Source: a virus (taxonomy: Duplodnaviria > Caudoviricetes). Taken from it: DNA of 51,967 nucleotides. Under the pieces are notes generated by a model, which did no database searches, was not told the origin of the DNA, and saw only the letters and a program-made list of their open reading frames with translations. The stretch is from positions 1 to 51,967 of the IMG/VR virus record IMGVR_UViG_3300027586_000012; one strand, 5' to 3'. Both the position numbers and the translations under genes were made by a program. Shown piece by piece: positions 21,504-31,700 of this stretch. The number at the start of each line of letters is the position of its first letter. Positions within the stretch are counted from its first letter, which is position 1.

Positions 21504-21917
21504 ATGCAAACTAGAGTATTTTTATCAGGAGCGATAGAAGACATTCAATCTGACTTTAAATACACTTGGAGGAATCAGGCGACCTCTCTTCTAAATCATA
21601 GGGGCTTTAAGGCAGTCAATCCAATGGACTATGCCTTAGAAGAAAAAGACTGCCAGCCGAAAGAAATAGTAGACAAAAATCTTTTTTTGCAAAAAAGCTG
21701 TGATATTATTTTAGTAGAATACACATTACTCTATAGGGCATACATTGGAGCAGACTTTGAAATGACCTGGGCGCATTTGAACAATCAACCAGTAATCGTT
21801 TGGGCACATCAGGATCTACAGCACAGAATTTATCTTAAGTTTCTTGCTACAAAAGTTGCGGATACCCTTGAAGAAGCTGTAGAATATATATCTAATACAT
21901 ATCCATCAACTAAATAA
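21504..21917 (+). CDS. Nucleoside 2-deoxyribosyltransferase-like protein
   Basis: VFLSGAI...WR...AVNPM...SCDIILV...IGADFEMTWA...PVIV; ATG at 21504 (the ORF track extends it upstream). Confidence 0.7.
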   Translation: MQTRVFLSGAIEDIQSDFKYTWRNQATSLLNHRGFKAVNPMDYALEEKDCQPKEIVDKNLFLQKSCDIILVEYTLLYRAYIGADFEMTWAHLNNQPVIVWAHQDLQHRIYLKFLATKVADTLEEAVEYISNTYPSTK

Positions 21918-21927
21918 AGGAAATAAT

Positions 21928-22110
21928 ATGGCAGAAAATAAATTCAACTACTTTGAAGTAACCACTTCTTATGTTGTTAAGGCTAAGAACAAGTCAGAGG
22001 CTGAAAAGATTGTCCTTGGACGCCGTGGCGTTAAGGGTGAAGTCATTACCAGTAAGACTAATGTAGATCGAATCTCGGCTGTAGAAGTCCGAGAAATGTT
22101 GGAGATCTAA
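21928..22110 (+). CDS. Small hypothetical protein
   Basis: 60 aa, AAGGA RBS; VKAKNKSEAEKI resembles common small phage proteins. Confidence 0.55.
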   Translation: MAENKFNYFEVTTSYVVKAKNKSEAEKIVLGRRGVKGEVITSKTNVDRISAVEVREMLEI

Positions 22111-22123
22111 AAATTCTATTAAC

Positions 22124-22159
22124 TAGAGGGTAGCACTATTTGCTTAGTGTTACCCTCTA
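22124..22159 (+). other. 15-bp intergenic hairpin without a U-tract
   Basis: TAGAGGGTAGCACTA / TAGTGTTACCCTCTA with one G-U pair on the + strand. Confidence 0.6.
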
Positions 22160-22178
22160 CAAACCTTAAGGAAAGTAT

Positions 22179-22880
22179 ATGATATACGCTCAAATGGTGG
22201 GCAGAAATGAAGAGGGAAGATTTCTAGAAGAAGTTCTAGAAAGGCTTTCACAGCAAGTAGATGGTATTGTTTTTACTGATGATTGTTCTACTGACAACAC
22301 AGTTAAAATAGCAGAAAAATATTGTCATGTTTATTCAACTTCAGAAAACCTATTCACAAAACATGAGGGTCAACTAAGAGCTTTTGCTTGGTCTAATATG
22401 TGCCAGCATGCAAAGCTCGGTGACTGGATTATAGCAATTGATTGTGACGAAATGCTATATAATAAAAACGACATAGACAATCTTGATATTTCATCTGTTC
22501 TATCAAAGTCGCCTTATGATGTTGTCAATGTTCGCTTCTATCATATGTGGAATGCAAATCAATGGCGCACAGACAAACTGTGGGTCCCAAATAATAGTAG
22601 TAGGATTTTTAAATTCAAAGAAAATGGTGGCTTCAATAATAGAAGATTAGCTTGTGGTTCAGAACCTACATATGTAGCTGACTGGATTGGGCAAAGAAAC
22701 TTTTGGATTGAGTCAGGCTTAGTCATGAAACACCTGGGTTACATTAAAGATGAGGATAAGATATCCAAACATGAAAGATATTCAACTTTAGATGGTGGCG
22801 AATTTCACGCGTTAAATCATATCAACTCAATTATAGATCCAAATCCAGTCTTAATTGACTGGGGAAATTTCTTAAGGTAG
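22179..22880 (+). CDS. Glycosyltransferase family 2-like
   Basis: MVGRNEE, FTDDCSTDNT, WIIAIDCDE, HLGY. Confidence 0.8.
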   Translation: MIYAQMVGRNEEGRFLEEVLERLSQQVDGIVFTDDCSTDNTVKIAEKYCHVYSTSENLFTKHEGQLRAFAWSNMCQHAKLGDWIIAIDCDEMLYNKNDIDNLDISSVLSKSPYDVVNVRFYHMWNANQWRTDKLWVPNNSSRIFKFKENGGFNNRRLACGSEPTYVADWIGQRNFWIESGLVMKHLGYIKDEDKISKHERYSTLDGGEFHALNHINSIIDPNPVLIDWGNFLR

Positions 22881-22885
22881 GAAAA

Positions 22886-23560
22886 ATGAAAAAAGATATT
22901 AGAATTGCAACACACGCACAAACGATTCAGTCGCTAACTCTAAAGATGTTATCCAAGGAACGTTTTGCTTATGTTAATTTTCCTCGATCAGCACTGATTG
23001 CTATGGGTAGTCCAGATATGAAGAAAGCTTCTAAAGATTTTGGTGATTCAATAAGTAAATCATTTAGTATTAATGATAAGAACTTTATGAAAGGAATACC
23101 TTTAGCCTTTGTAAATTCTAATGATTCAGATAATGAATTAGATTACTCAAAGGTTGACTCCAAGCAGGTTTACTATAACTCAACAACGCTTGAGAATTAC
23201 TTTAATAATAACGAAATAGCTTTTACATCTTTTGTGGATTTTTATATAAGGAATACTCCGTATGTTGTAGTTACCTTTCATGATAGAAAAGTAATTACAA
23301 GAGTTTTAGGATCACCTGTCGACACAATCTATGTTCCATATAATGATTATTATGATAAGTTAGATTCTATAATCGAAACTCTGGCAACCTATACTGGTAA
23401 AGTTGATACAGTTATTTTGGATTGTCCGTTACTTTCTGCTGCTTTAGCAAGCAAGATATGGGATGAATTAAATTTCTCTATAATAGATTTTGGGAAGGTA
23501 ATCGGTTTTGCTCGAGCAAGATTTAGCAATAGGATTTCCCAAAATGAAAAAACAGATTGA
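22886..23560 (+). CDS. Putative GT-D-fold-like glycosyltransferase-associated protein
   Basis: RFAYVNF at the N-terminus and VILDCP...IIDFGKVI at the C-terminus resemble GT-D/DUF1792 architecture; weak match. Confidence 0.4.
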   Translation: MKKDIRIATHAQTIQSLTLKMLSKERFAYVNFPRSALIAMGSPDMKKASKDFGDSISKSFSINDKNFMKGIPLAFVNSNDSDNELDYSKVDSKQVYYNSTTLENYFNNNEIAFTSFVDFYIRNTPYVVVTFHDRKVITRVLGSPVDTIYVPYNDYYDKLDSIIETLATYTGKVDTVILDCPLLSAALASKIWDELNFSIIDFGKVIGFARARFSNRISQNEKTD

Positions 23561-24188
23561 AGACAAAGAGGATGATCTATTTTTAATAGATCTTTTATTG
23601 GATTCAGATCTAACCATTTCAGCTATAGCTAAAGAACTTGGTTATTCATTTGTTCAGTTAAATAAAAAAATTAATTCACTTGGTCTCTCTTGGATCAAGG
23701 AGCAAAAGAAAAAAACATCAAGAGGCCAAGCTGCGCTTACTCAGGCAATGCAAAAGCTTTTTCCTGGACAAAAGATCATAAATGAATACCACTTAGGCGA
23801 GCGTCTAAGAATAGATGTATACTGCCAGGAGTATAGAATAGGCGCAGAATTTCATGGTAGGCAACACTTCTATTACACTGAAAGATTTTTTGAATCAAAG
23901 TATGATTTTATTCAGGCTCAAAAAAGAGATGAAAGAAAATTAGAGCTCTGTAAGCAAGAGGGAATAACATTAATTGTATTTAGATACAATGATGAATTAA
24001 GTGAACAAGCTGTTTATGATAGACTATTGCAAGCAATAAGATTGAGTCCCAATGTACCAGAAAAAATAAAGGCAGATAAGAAAAGCATCACTCAAAATAA
24101 ATTTTATCAGGATAGAAAAAAGCAATACAACGAAAGAAAGAAAGAGACATATAAAAAAATGAAAAGCAGAAGAGATAATCATGAGTGA
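23544..24188 (+). CDS. HTH plus Vsr/DUF559-like PD-(D/E)XK endonuclease
   Basis: TISAIAKELGYS (HTH); LRIDVY...GAEFHGRQHF...RDERKLELC...ITLIVFRY. Confidence 0.7.
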   Translation: MKKQIEDKEDDLFLIDLLLDSDLTISAIAKELGYSFVQLNKKINSLGLSWIKEQKKKTSRGQAALTQAMQKLFPGQKIINEYHLGERLRIDVYCQEYRIGAEFHGRQHFYYTERFFESKYDFIQAQKRDERKLELCKQEGITLIVFRYNDELSEQAVYDRLLQAIRLSPNVPEKIKADKKSITQNKFYQDRKKQYNERKKETYKKMKSRRDNHE

Positions 24189-25632
24189 TATTGAATCTTC
24201 TTCTATAACCCACCCAATTGAATATCAGATATTTGCCTTATCTTTTAGAGAAAAAGGAGCAATATCTTATTTCAAGGATAACCTAGATCCACAGATTGTT
24301 GGGATTAACGACAATCAATTAGGGATACATGAATTATATACTGCGCTCTTATCGTATTCTTCACGTACCGAACTAGATGTAGTGGATCCAGTTACATTTA
24401 GAAACTGGATACAGTTAGAAAGTAACGTTTATGAGGCATTGAATGGCGACATCGGAGTCGCAAGCCTGATGAAGGTATTAGAAAGTATGCAGTTGGCAAC
24501 TCCTGAATCGGTTACCCAGGTTCTTAAACATAAAGATAATAAAATTAAACAGAAAAATTATCTAAAAGAGTTAGAGATAATCATAAGTCAAAAGGGTATG
24601 AAAACCGAAGAAGATCTTGCTAGAATGTCTGAGATTTCCAATCTCATTAACGACTTAGAGAACAGTGCCAGCTATGATCCGCTTGATGGAGTTGTAACGG
24701 CTAACCAAATAATAGAAAAGATTGACTCGCTATTAGATACTCCAGACTTTTTGCCAACTCAGTTTAAGTCTTTGAATAGGGCAATGGGGTATACCAACGA
24801 GGGAGGCTTCTTTAAGGGGGCGGTACATGCGATCATAGCAGCCTCAGGAAAGGGTAAGAGTACATTTGCTAAATGTTTAGTGAATCACTGGTTAGATTCT
24901 GGGTATAAAGCTTTATACATAAACTTTGAAGAAGCTAGAAACCACTGGGAACGTATATTGATGACCCAAATAACTGGCAAGAACGTTTATTCAGAAGTAG
25001 ATAAATGGTCTGAGGAAGAAAAAAATAAACATATTAAAACTTTTACAGATAAGTTAACCGAATGGGGTGATCGTCTAATGGTCAAGCACGACCCAGACAC
25101 TCCATATTTTGAGGATCTAGAAAGCTGGCTAAGGGATATCTTAATCCAGGGTGAACACCTGCCCGACGTTATAGTCATCGACACTATCCAATCAATGTTC
25201 ACTAGGTCTAAGGGCAAAGCTAGATGGGGTGAATTTGAAGAAATGATGGTTCGTCTTGAAAAAATAGCTAGAGATATGAATTGTGTATTGATAATTACCG
25301 CACAAGAAAACTCAAATAGAATGAAAGAAAAAAGAGAAATAGTCATGCAGTCAGACACCGGTGGTTCTTTAGCCATACAACAAAAGTGTGCGGTAACTAT
25401 ATTCATCACAGAAAAAAAATTAGTTAGCGGTGATGATTCGGAAGATGAAAATGTAATGCAGTTACAGATACCAAAAAATAGAATTACTGGTTCAACATTT
25501 TCTTATGAGCCACCACTAGTTAGATATGTGGATTCTAAAAAGTCTTACGTAGAGTACGAAATGGTTACACCCGGATCCTATGATGCCTCATCAATTTTAG
25601 ATGACTTATTAAACAATGGAGATTTTAACTAA
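24181..25632 (+). CDS. dnaB: DnaB-like (SF4) replicative helicase
   Basis: Walker A AASGKGKST, YINFEE, Walker B VIVIDTIQ, LIITAQ, KNRITG. Confidence 0.85.
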   Translation: MSDIESSSITHPIEYQIFALSFREKGAISYFKDNLDPQIVGINDNQLGIHELYTALLSYSSRTELDVVDPVTFRNWIQLESNVYEALNGDIGVASLMKVLESMQLATPESVTQVLKHKDNKIKQKNYLKELEIIISQKGMKTEEDLARMSEISNLINDLENSASYDPLDGVVTANQIIEKIDSLLDTPDFLPTQFKSLNRAMGYTNEGGFFKGAVHAIIAASGKGKSTFAKCLVNHWLDSGYKALYINFEEARNHWERILMTQITGKNVYSEVDKWSEEEKNKHIKTFTDKLTEWGDRLMVKHDPDTPYFEDLESWLRDILIQGEHLPDVIVIDTIQSMFTRSKGKARWGEFEEMMVRLEKIARDMNCVLIITAQENSNRMKEKREIVMQSDTGGSLAIQQKCAVTIFITEKKLVSGDDSEDENVMQLQIPKNRITGSTFSYEPPLVRYVDSKKSYVEYEMVTPGSYDASSILDDLLNNGDFN

Positions 25633-26423
25633 TGAAATTAATCACGCCAGAATCCTTAAAAGACTTTCAAACTTGTTCATTATTATATGAATATAGGTAT
25701 AATCAAAAACTACCAGAGTCAATAGGTGGCAGAGATTTACTATCTCTTAGATTTGAAAATACTTTAAAAGAAATTATATATTACTTCTTTTATAAAAAAC
25801 AAGGGGGTTACACACCCTCGTATGCATCGCTTTTAAATAGGTGGGAAAAACTTTGGTTTGCTGATGATGTTTCATCATATGATATTATGACAGAGCAGCA
25901 TGAAAGCGCATATGGAAACAGTGCTAGCCTTACAACTAAGGCCGCTTCCGCCCTATTGTCTTTTTACGAAAACTTTTCAGACGAAGAATATATACCTATT
26001 GCGATAAACGAAGATTGCATTATGCCAGTTACTCCAAAGGTTAAAATAAAAGACAAATTTGATATTATACTTTATAAAGATAATAAATATTATGTTATTA
26101 AGATAATGTTTAACTACAAGAATAGTCACCAATATATGTATCAAGTAAACTTTGCTACCATGTATAATGCTTTTGCAGTAAAGCATGGTCCTAGAATTTC
26201 TAAGGCATCTTTTGGTTATATAGATTTATTAATGCCTAAAGTTTCTTTTGTTGATTTTGAAGTAACAAAAGAAGATCTTGATTCTTTAAGATTTTGGGCC
26301 GATGAATTGGAGCAAGCAGAAAAATTTATTCCAAGAAGAGGATTGACTTGGTATTGTAAAAAATGTCCTTTCGATAAACCCTGTTCGAAGTGGTCAAACT
26401 GGTCAAAAAATGCAGACAAGTAG
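25632..26423 (+). CDS. PD-(D/E)XK (RecB/Cas4-like) family protein, possibly catalytically degenerate
   Basis: N-terminal SLKDFQTC and C-terminal CKKCPFDKPC Cys cluster; KFDIIL present but the usual D/E-x-K is replaced by VIKIMF. Confidence 0.65.
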   Translation: MKLITPESLKDFQTCSLLYEYRYNQKLPESIGGRDLLSLRFENTLKEIIYYFFYKKQGGYTPSYASLLNRWEKLWFADDVSSYDIMTEQHESAYGNSASLTTKAASALLSFYENFSDEEYIPIAINEDCIMPVTPKVKIKDKFDIILYKDNKYYVIKIMFNYKNSHQYMYQVNFATMYNAFAVKHGPRISKASFGYIDLLMPKVSFVDFEVTKEDLDSLRFWADELEQAEKFIPRRGLTWYCKKCPFDKPCSKWSNWSKNADK

Positions 26424-26568
26424 ATTTGGCGTAATGCTTGAAGATAAGGTATCTAAGTGTCTATTTACGCTTGCAAAAGAAAATAAACAAACTCCATATG
26501 AATACTTAACAGCTACAATAGATGAAAAGTATAAAATTTATTTAAAAGAAAGACTAGATTGGGATTGA
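26410..26568 (+). CDS. Small ribbon-helix-helix-like DNA-binding protein (52 aa)
   Basis: MQTSRFGVMLEDKVSKCLFTLAKENKQTPYEYLTATIDEKY shows a beta-alpha-alpha pattern; fills the gap between two genes. Confidence 0.45.
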   Translation: MQTSRFGVMLEDKVSKCLFTLAKENKQTPYEYLTATIDEKYKIYLKERLDWD

Positions 26569-26572
26569 TACA

Positions 26573-27229
26573 ATGAGTAAAAAAAGTATATTAGATGAGT
26601 TATTAGATGAAGATGTTTCGTTTAAGGTAAACGAAGAAGAAGATAAGTTATTAAGTCCTCTTATAGAGGAAATTAATCTTATCTCCAGTCATCAGATCAA
26701 GCTATTTGTTAGATCAATTTTGCTTCAGGCGAAAACATTTTGGAAAATACCATCTAGTTTTTCTGGTAAGTATCATCCAGCTGATGAGCATGGTGTTGGC
26801 GGTAATGTTCTTCATACAAAAAGAGTTGTCAAAGTTTCTACGGTAATATGTGATTCGTACGGATTAATTGCACATGAAAAAGATATAGTGTATGCAGCTT
26901 GCTTACTACATGATGTAACCAAAGGCATATCCCATGACGATAGTAAGGAAGATTTTTTTTACGACCCGATGCATCCATATACAGTTGGCGCTTTTGTCAA
27001 AAAGTGTCAGGAAAATGATAAAAAATATGGTTCAGAGTCTTCATCTTCTACTCTTTTTTTGGATGAAGAAACTGTTCAGTCAATACTTAGACTGGTGAGA
27101 TGTCACCTTGGTCCATGGTCTCCCATCCCGGAAACTGTGCCTAGCAGTTATATGGACATGATAGTACACCTATCGGATAACGTCGCTTCAAAACTGCATA
27201 CATTTGTTAAAATTGGTGAGGACAAGTGA
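26573..27229 (+). CDS. HD-domain phosphohydrolase
   Basis: SGKYHP, HTKRV, LLHDVTK, HLGPW, VHLSD. Confidence 0.85.
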   Translation: MSKKSILDELLDEDVSFKVNEEEDKLLSPLIEEINLISSHQIKLFVRSILLQAKTFWKIPSSFSGKYHPADEHGVGGNVLHTKRVVKVSTVICDSYGLIAHEKDIVYAACLLHDVTKGISHDDSKEDFFYDPMHPYTVGAFVKKCQENDKKYGSESSSSTLFLDEETVQSILRLVRCHLGPWSPIPETVPSSYMDMIVHLSDNVASKLHTFVKIGEDK

Positions 27230-27399
27230 CAATAGAGAATCCAGACAAAATGCATGTGAGAGCGTACATAAATGAATCTTTAGAGTTTCTTATAAGGGAA
27301 TCTATATATTATAGATCTAACAATGAAAATATTTTACAAGACAATCGACTAATAGCTTGGCACATAGAAACGGATAGTGGTAAAATACATATACCATGA
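27226..27399 (+). CDS. Small hypothetical protein
   Basis: GTG start with GTGA and ATGA overlaps at its two ends. Confidence 0.45.
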   Translation: MTIENPDKMHVRAYINESLEFLIRESIYYRSNNENILQDNRLIAWHIETDSGKIHIP

Positions 27400-28592
27400 A
27401 ACTTCCTTTAGATAAAGATAAATTTATTTCTCAATGGAAATATGTTGAGGTAGCTAGATATGTACCCAACCTAGATAGAGTTATTAGAGATAAAAATGGT
27501 GATGATCCAGTCTTCTATGAAATGGAAAACATAGATCAATATAGACAGAAGCACAATAATGTTGGGCTGTACACTTCTATCTGGCATTTTAATGCTCCTG
27601 ATATAGCTAAAGCTATTAGATTGGGATCATTATACTTTGATTTAGACAGTGAAGATATGAATTTGTGCTACGAAGAAGCGCAGAGACTACACGGTTATCT
27701 TTCTATGTACATTCCACAAGAGTCATTACTAGTCTATTTTACTGGGAAAAAAGGTTTTCATATAGAGTGCGAAGCAATTGGACTAGGGATCAATCCAACA
27801 AATGAACTACCAAAAGTTTTTAGATACATAGCGAATAAGCTAAAAGAGGATCTATCTATTTCTTCAATGGATTTTAGCGTTTATGATATGAGAAGAATGT
27901 GGAGGCTACCTGGCTCATTACACCAGGCAACCAAGCTATTTAAAACTCTATTACCAAGAGACATATTCTTATCTGGGATAGATAAGATCACCTCCTATTC
28001 GAGTAAGCCGCAGCCGTTTGACGTAATCGAACAGTCCTTTGATTTTAAAGCCAATGAATGGTACAGGCAGTTTACTTATCAAATGGAAGAAGATAAAAAT
28101 AAACCAAAAGATATACTGCAACATTTTAATAAGTTTGGTTCTTCTAATCTAAAATCTTTTGATCAAAATCAAAAAATATTTGAGAAAGAAATACTTTGGC
28201 TAAAGTGTCCATCGATAAAAAGACTACATGAGCAAGCTGAGAATTCTCACTTCCTAGAGCACGAAGCTAGATTATTTTTATGTTCTATACTAACGTATAG
28301 CGAAGAATCAATCAACTATCTACATGAAATACTAAGCAGCTGCGAGGATTACAATCCAAGTAAATCACAAGCTCACATAAATGACTGGGTAAGAAGAAGG
28401 GAACTAGGCATAGGCGGAAGACCTTATACTTGTGAAAGGGCCAATTCGGTTGGAGTAGGATGCGGTAGTTGCTCTCTTGAGAAGAAGAACAAGTGGGTTA
28501 AAGTTGGAGATAGATTTATAGAGACTCAAGAAAAATCTTCTCCATCACCAGTTCGATTTGCCTACAAATCCGCAACGAGAAAGGAGGAGTAA
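27396..28592 (+). CDS. Archaeo-eukaryotic primase (AEP) with a Cys-containing PriL-like C-terminal domain
   Basis: YFDLD (motif I), FTGKKGFH (motif II), DFSVYDMRRMWRLPGS (motif III); C-terminal CPSI...HEARL...PYTC...CGSC. Confidence 0.8.
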   Translation: MKLPLDKDKFISQWKYVEVARYVPNLDRVIRDKNGDDPVFYEMENIDQYRQKHNNVGLYTSIWHFNAPDIAKAIRLGSLYFDLDSEDMNLCYEEAQRLHGYLSMYIPQESLLVYFTGKKGFHIECEAIGLGINPTNELPKVFRYIANKLKEDLSISSMDFSVYDMRRMWRLPGSLHQATKLFKTLLPRDIFLSGIDKITSYSSKPQPFDVIEQSFDFKANEWYRQFTYQMEEDKNKPKDILQHFNKFGSSNLKSFDQNQKIFEKEILWLKCPSIKRLHEQAENSHFLEHEARLFLCSILTYSEESINYLHEILSSCEDYNPSKSQAHINDWVRRRELGIGGRPYTCERANSVGVGCGSCSLEKKNKWVKVGDRFIETQEKSSPSPVRFAYKSATRKEE

Positions 28593-28795
28593 TGCAAGAT
28601 GATGATGATGATGTAATCGGGTTGTGTACTGACTGTGGAACCGAACAAACAGATAGACAAATGCATAGTAGTGCGTTTGCCCAAGCCGGACTGCCAGCAG
28701 TATGTAGATATTGTAAAGGTGTGGTGACAGTTTGTTATAGACGCGATAGAGATAATGTATTGAATCAAATAAATACTAAAAGAGGACTTAAGTGA
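28592..28795 (+). CDS. Small zinc-ribbon protein
   Basis: CTDC...CRYC. Confidence 0.55.
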   Translation: MQDDDDDVIGLCTDCGTEQTDRQMHSSAFAQAGLPAVCRYCKGVVTVCYRRDRDNVLNQINTKRGLK

Positions 28796-31700
28796 AAAAC
28801 TGGACCAATCTTCATAACCATACCATATTCTCAATGCTGGATGGTCATGGTAACGTAGAGGAATACCTATCAAGAGCTAAGTCTTTAGGCATGAGTGGAT
28901 TAGCCACAACTGATCACGGTAATATACATTCATGGTTAGATTTTTATGACGCTGGAAATTCGATAGGGGTTAAGCCAATCTTGGGATCAGAGTTATATCA
29001 AGCTAGAAAAACTAGATTTGATAAAGACGAAGAAGAAAGATCAGGTCCATCTAAAAATGAATGGGAGCAGAGAGGTCCATATCATATAACTGTATTAGCT
29101 AAAAACAATATTGGTTATCATAATATAATTAAAATGTCTTCTAAAGCTTTTACTGAAGGTTTTTACGTAAAGCCTAGAGTAGATCATGATTTAATTGCTC
29201 AGCACTCTGAGGGCGTCATAGTCCTTTCTGGGTGTCTGAACGGGGAAGTATCACAAGCATTGCTTAGAAACGATTACAGCACCGCATTAAGGCATGCTGC
29301 AGCTATGCAGGAGATAGTCGGCAAGGAAAATTACTTTATAGAGATAATGAATCATGGGATAGAAGAACAGATAAAAATAATTCCTGACCTTATTAAAATA
29401 GCCAATCAAATTGGGGCCAAAGTAGTGCCGTCTGGCGACTGCCATTACGTGCACCAAAGCGATGCTCACGCCCATGATGTAATGTTATGCGTAGCAACAA
29501 ACTGTAACGTACATACTCCTAATAGATTTTCTTTTTCTGAAGATAAATTTTATCTTCAATCTTATGACGAAATGTCTTCTGTATTTTCTGATGAATATTT
29601 AAAAAATACAATGCACGTGAATGACATGATAGATCTTAACTTAAAATTTGGCGAAATACATTTTCCAAACTTTCCTATACCAACTAAAGAATCTTCAACT
29701 GATTACTTTGAAAGATTAGCATGGGAAGGTCTCAAAAATAGATATGGTAATCCATTACCTGATCACATTATAGAAAGAGCTAACTATGAAATTAGAGTAG
29801 TGAAAGAGATGGGGTTTCCTGAATACTTCTTAGTCGTATCAGACTTAGTCCGTTGGGCCAAAGAAAACGATATTAGAGTTGGTTGGGGAAGAGGATCCGC
29901 TGCTGGGAGTATCTTATCATATGCTTTTGATATCACAAATCTAGATCCAATTAAATTCGGTCTTATGTTTGAAAGGTTCTTAGTCGAAGGAAGAAAATCA
30001 ATGCCAGATATCGACTTAGACTTTGATGATAGACATAGGGATAAGGTCATTGATTATGCTAGAACTAAATATGGCAGTGATAAAGTGGCGCATATCTGTA
30101 CGTTTAACAGAACTGGCGCCAGGCAGTCCGTAAGAGACGCAGCTAGAGCTTTGGGCCATGACTTTACGGTTGGAGACAAGGTAGCTAAGCTAATACCTCC
30201 TCCGGTATTAGGTGTTTCTAAATCATTAAAAGAATGTATGCAGGTGCAGGAATTTGCGAGCCTGTATAATACCGATGCTTTATCAAAGGAAATAATAGAT
30301 ACAGCTTTTGGATTAGAGAATCTAGTAAGGCAGACTGGTATTCACGCAGCTGGTATTGTTATATCTAAAGAAGCTTTAACAAGCTATCTGCCCACGATGC
30401 AAAAGGGCGTAGATAAGCCTGTCATAACTCAGTGGGACATGGGTCGAGTAGAGCAATGTGGTCTATTGAAAATTGACTTTCTTGGTTTAAGAAACTTAGG
30501 CGTGATAGATATTTGCATTAAGCTAGTTAAACAGCATAGGCAAATTACATTAGATGTAAATGATATACCGATAGATGATAAAAAGACCTATGATTTACTG
30601 TGTCAAGGTAAGGCAATGGGTGTCTTCCAGCTTGAGTCTGCTGGTATGCGTGAATTAATGGTTCAGATGCAGCCTCAAAATATTCAAGACATAATGGCTC
30701 TCATCTCGTTATACCGTCCAGGTCCGATGGGTTCTGGTATGGACAAAGAATATATTGATAGGAAACATGGAAGGAGCCATGTATCCTATGAGCATCCTAA
30801 GCTAGAAAAAGTTCTTGGACCATCACTAGGCATTATGCTTTATCAAGAAGATGTTCTTGGCGTAGCTAGAGAGTTGGCTGGGTTTACTTCTGCCGAAGCT
30901 GATGACCTTAGAAAAGTCATTGGTAAAAAGCTTATGGATAAAATCGCAATGATGAGATCTAGTTTTGTGAAAGGTTGCATAGAGCACTCTAATCTAGACG
31001 AAGATAAAGCAAATAAAATTTATTCAGATATTGAATACTTCGGTGGCTATGGTTTCAACAGAGCACACGCCGCAAGTTACGCAATGGTTTCATACATCAC
31101 AGCATACTTAAAGGCTCACTACACGGCAGAGTATATGGCTGCACTTATGTCTTCTGTGGTTGGCAATAAAGAAAAGTTAGCCGCTTACTTATCTGACTGC
31201 AGAAAACTAGAGATTGAAGTACTCCCGCCTTCTCTAAATAAATCTGGTAAAGACTTTAATGTGCTCAGTGATTCTCAAGTAATTTTTGGCCTATCTGCCA
31301 TAAATGGAATCGGTGAATCTATAGCTGAAGCAATTATTTTAGGTAGAGATGAAAAGGATCCTTACTCTAGTGTCTACGATTTCTTTAGAAGGTGTGACCC
31401 AGCTACTTTAAAAAAGTCTACGCTAGAACATTTAGCCTACGCCGGCGCTCTTGATGAGCTGTTCACAGTTTCTCATGACGGTGATTTAACCAGAAAAAAA
31501 GAGTTAGAATTATTAGAAAAAGAAAAAGTTGAACTAGGGATATATGTATCAAAGCATCCCATAGAGGGTATGTGGACAACAATAGCACCTAATGTAACTG
31601 GTGAAATAATAGACATCATAGAAATAAGCAACGGTGCGAATGTTAAAGTCGGTGGAATTTTAACTGCAGTAAAAAGAATGATAACTAAAAAAGGCCAAAA

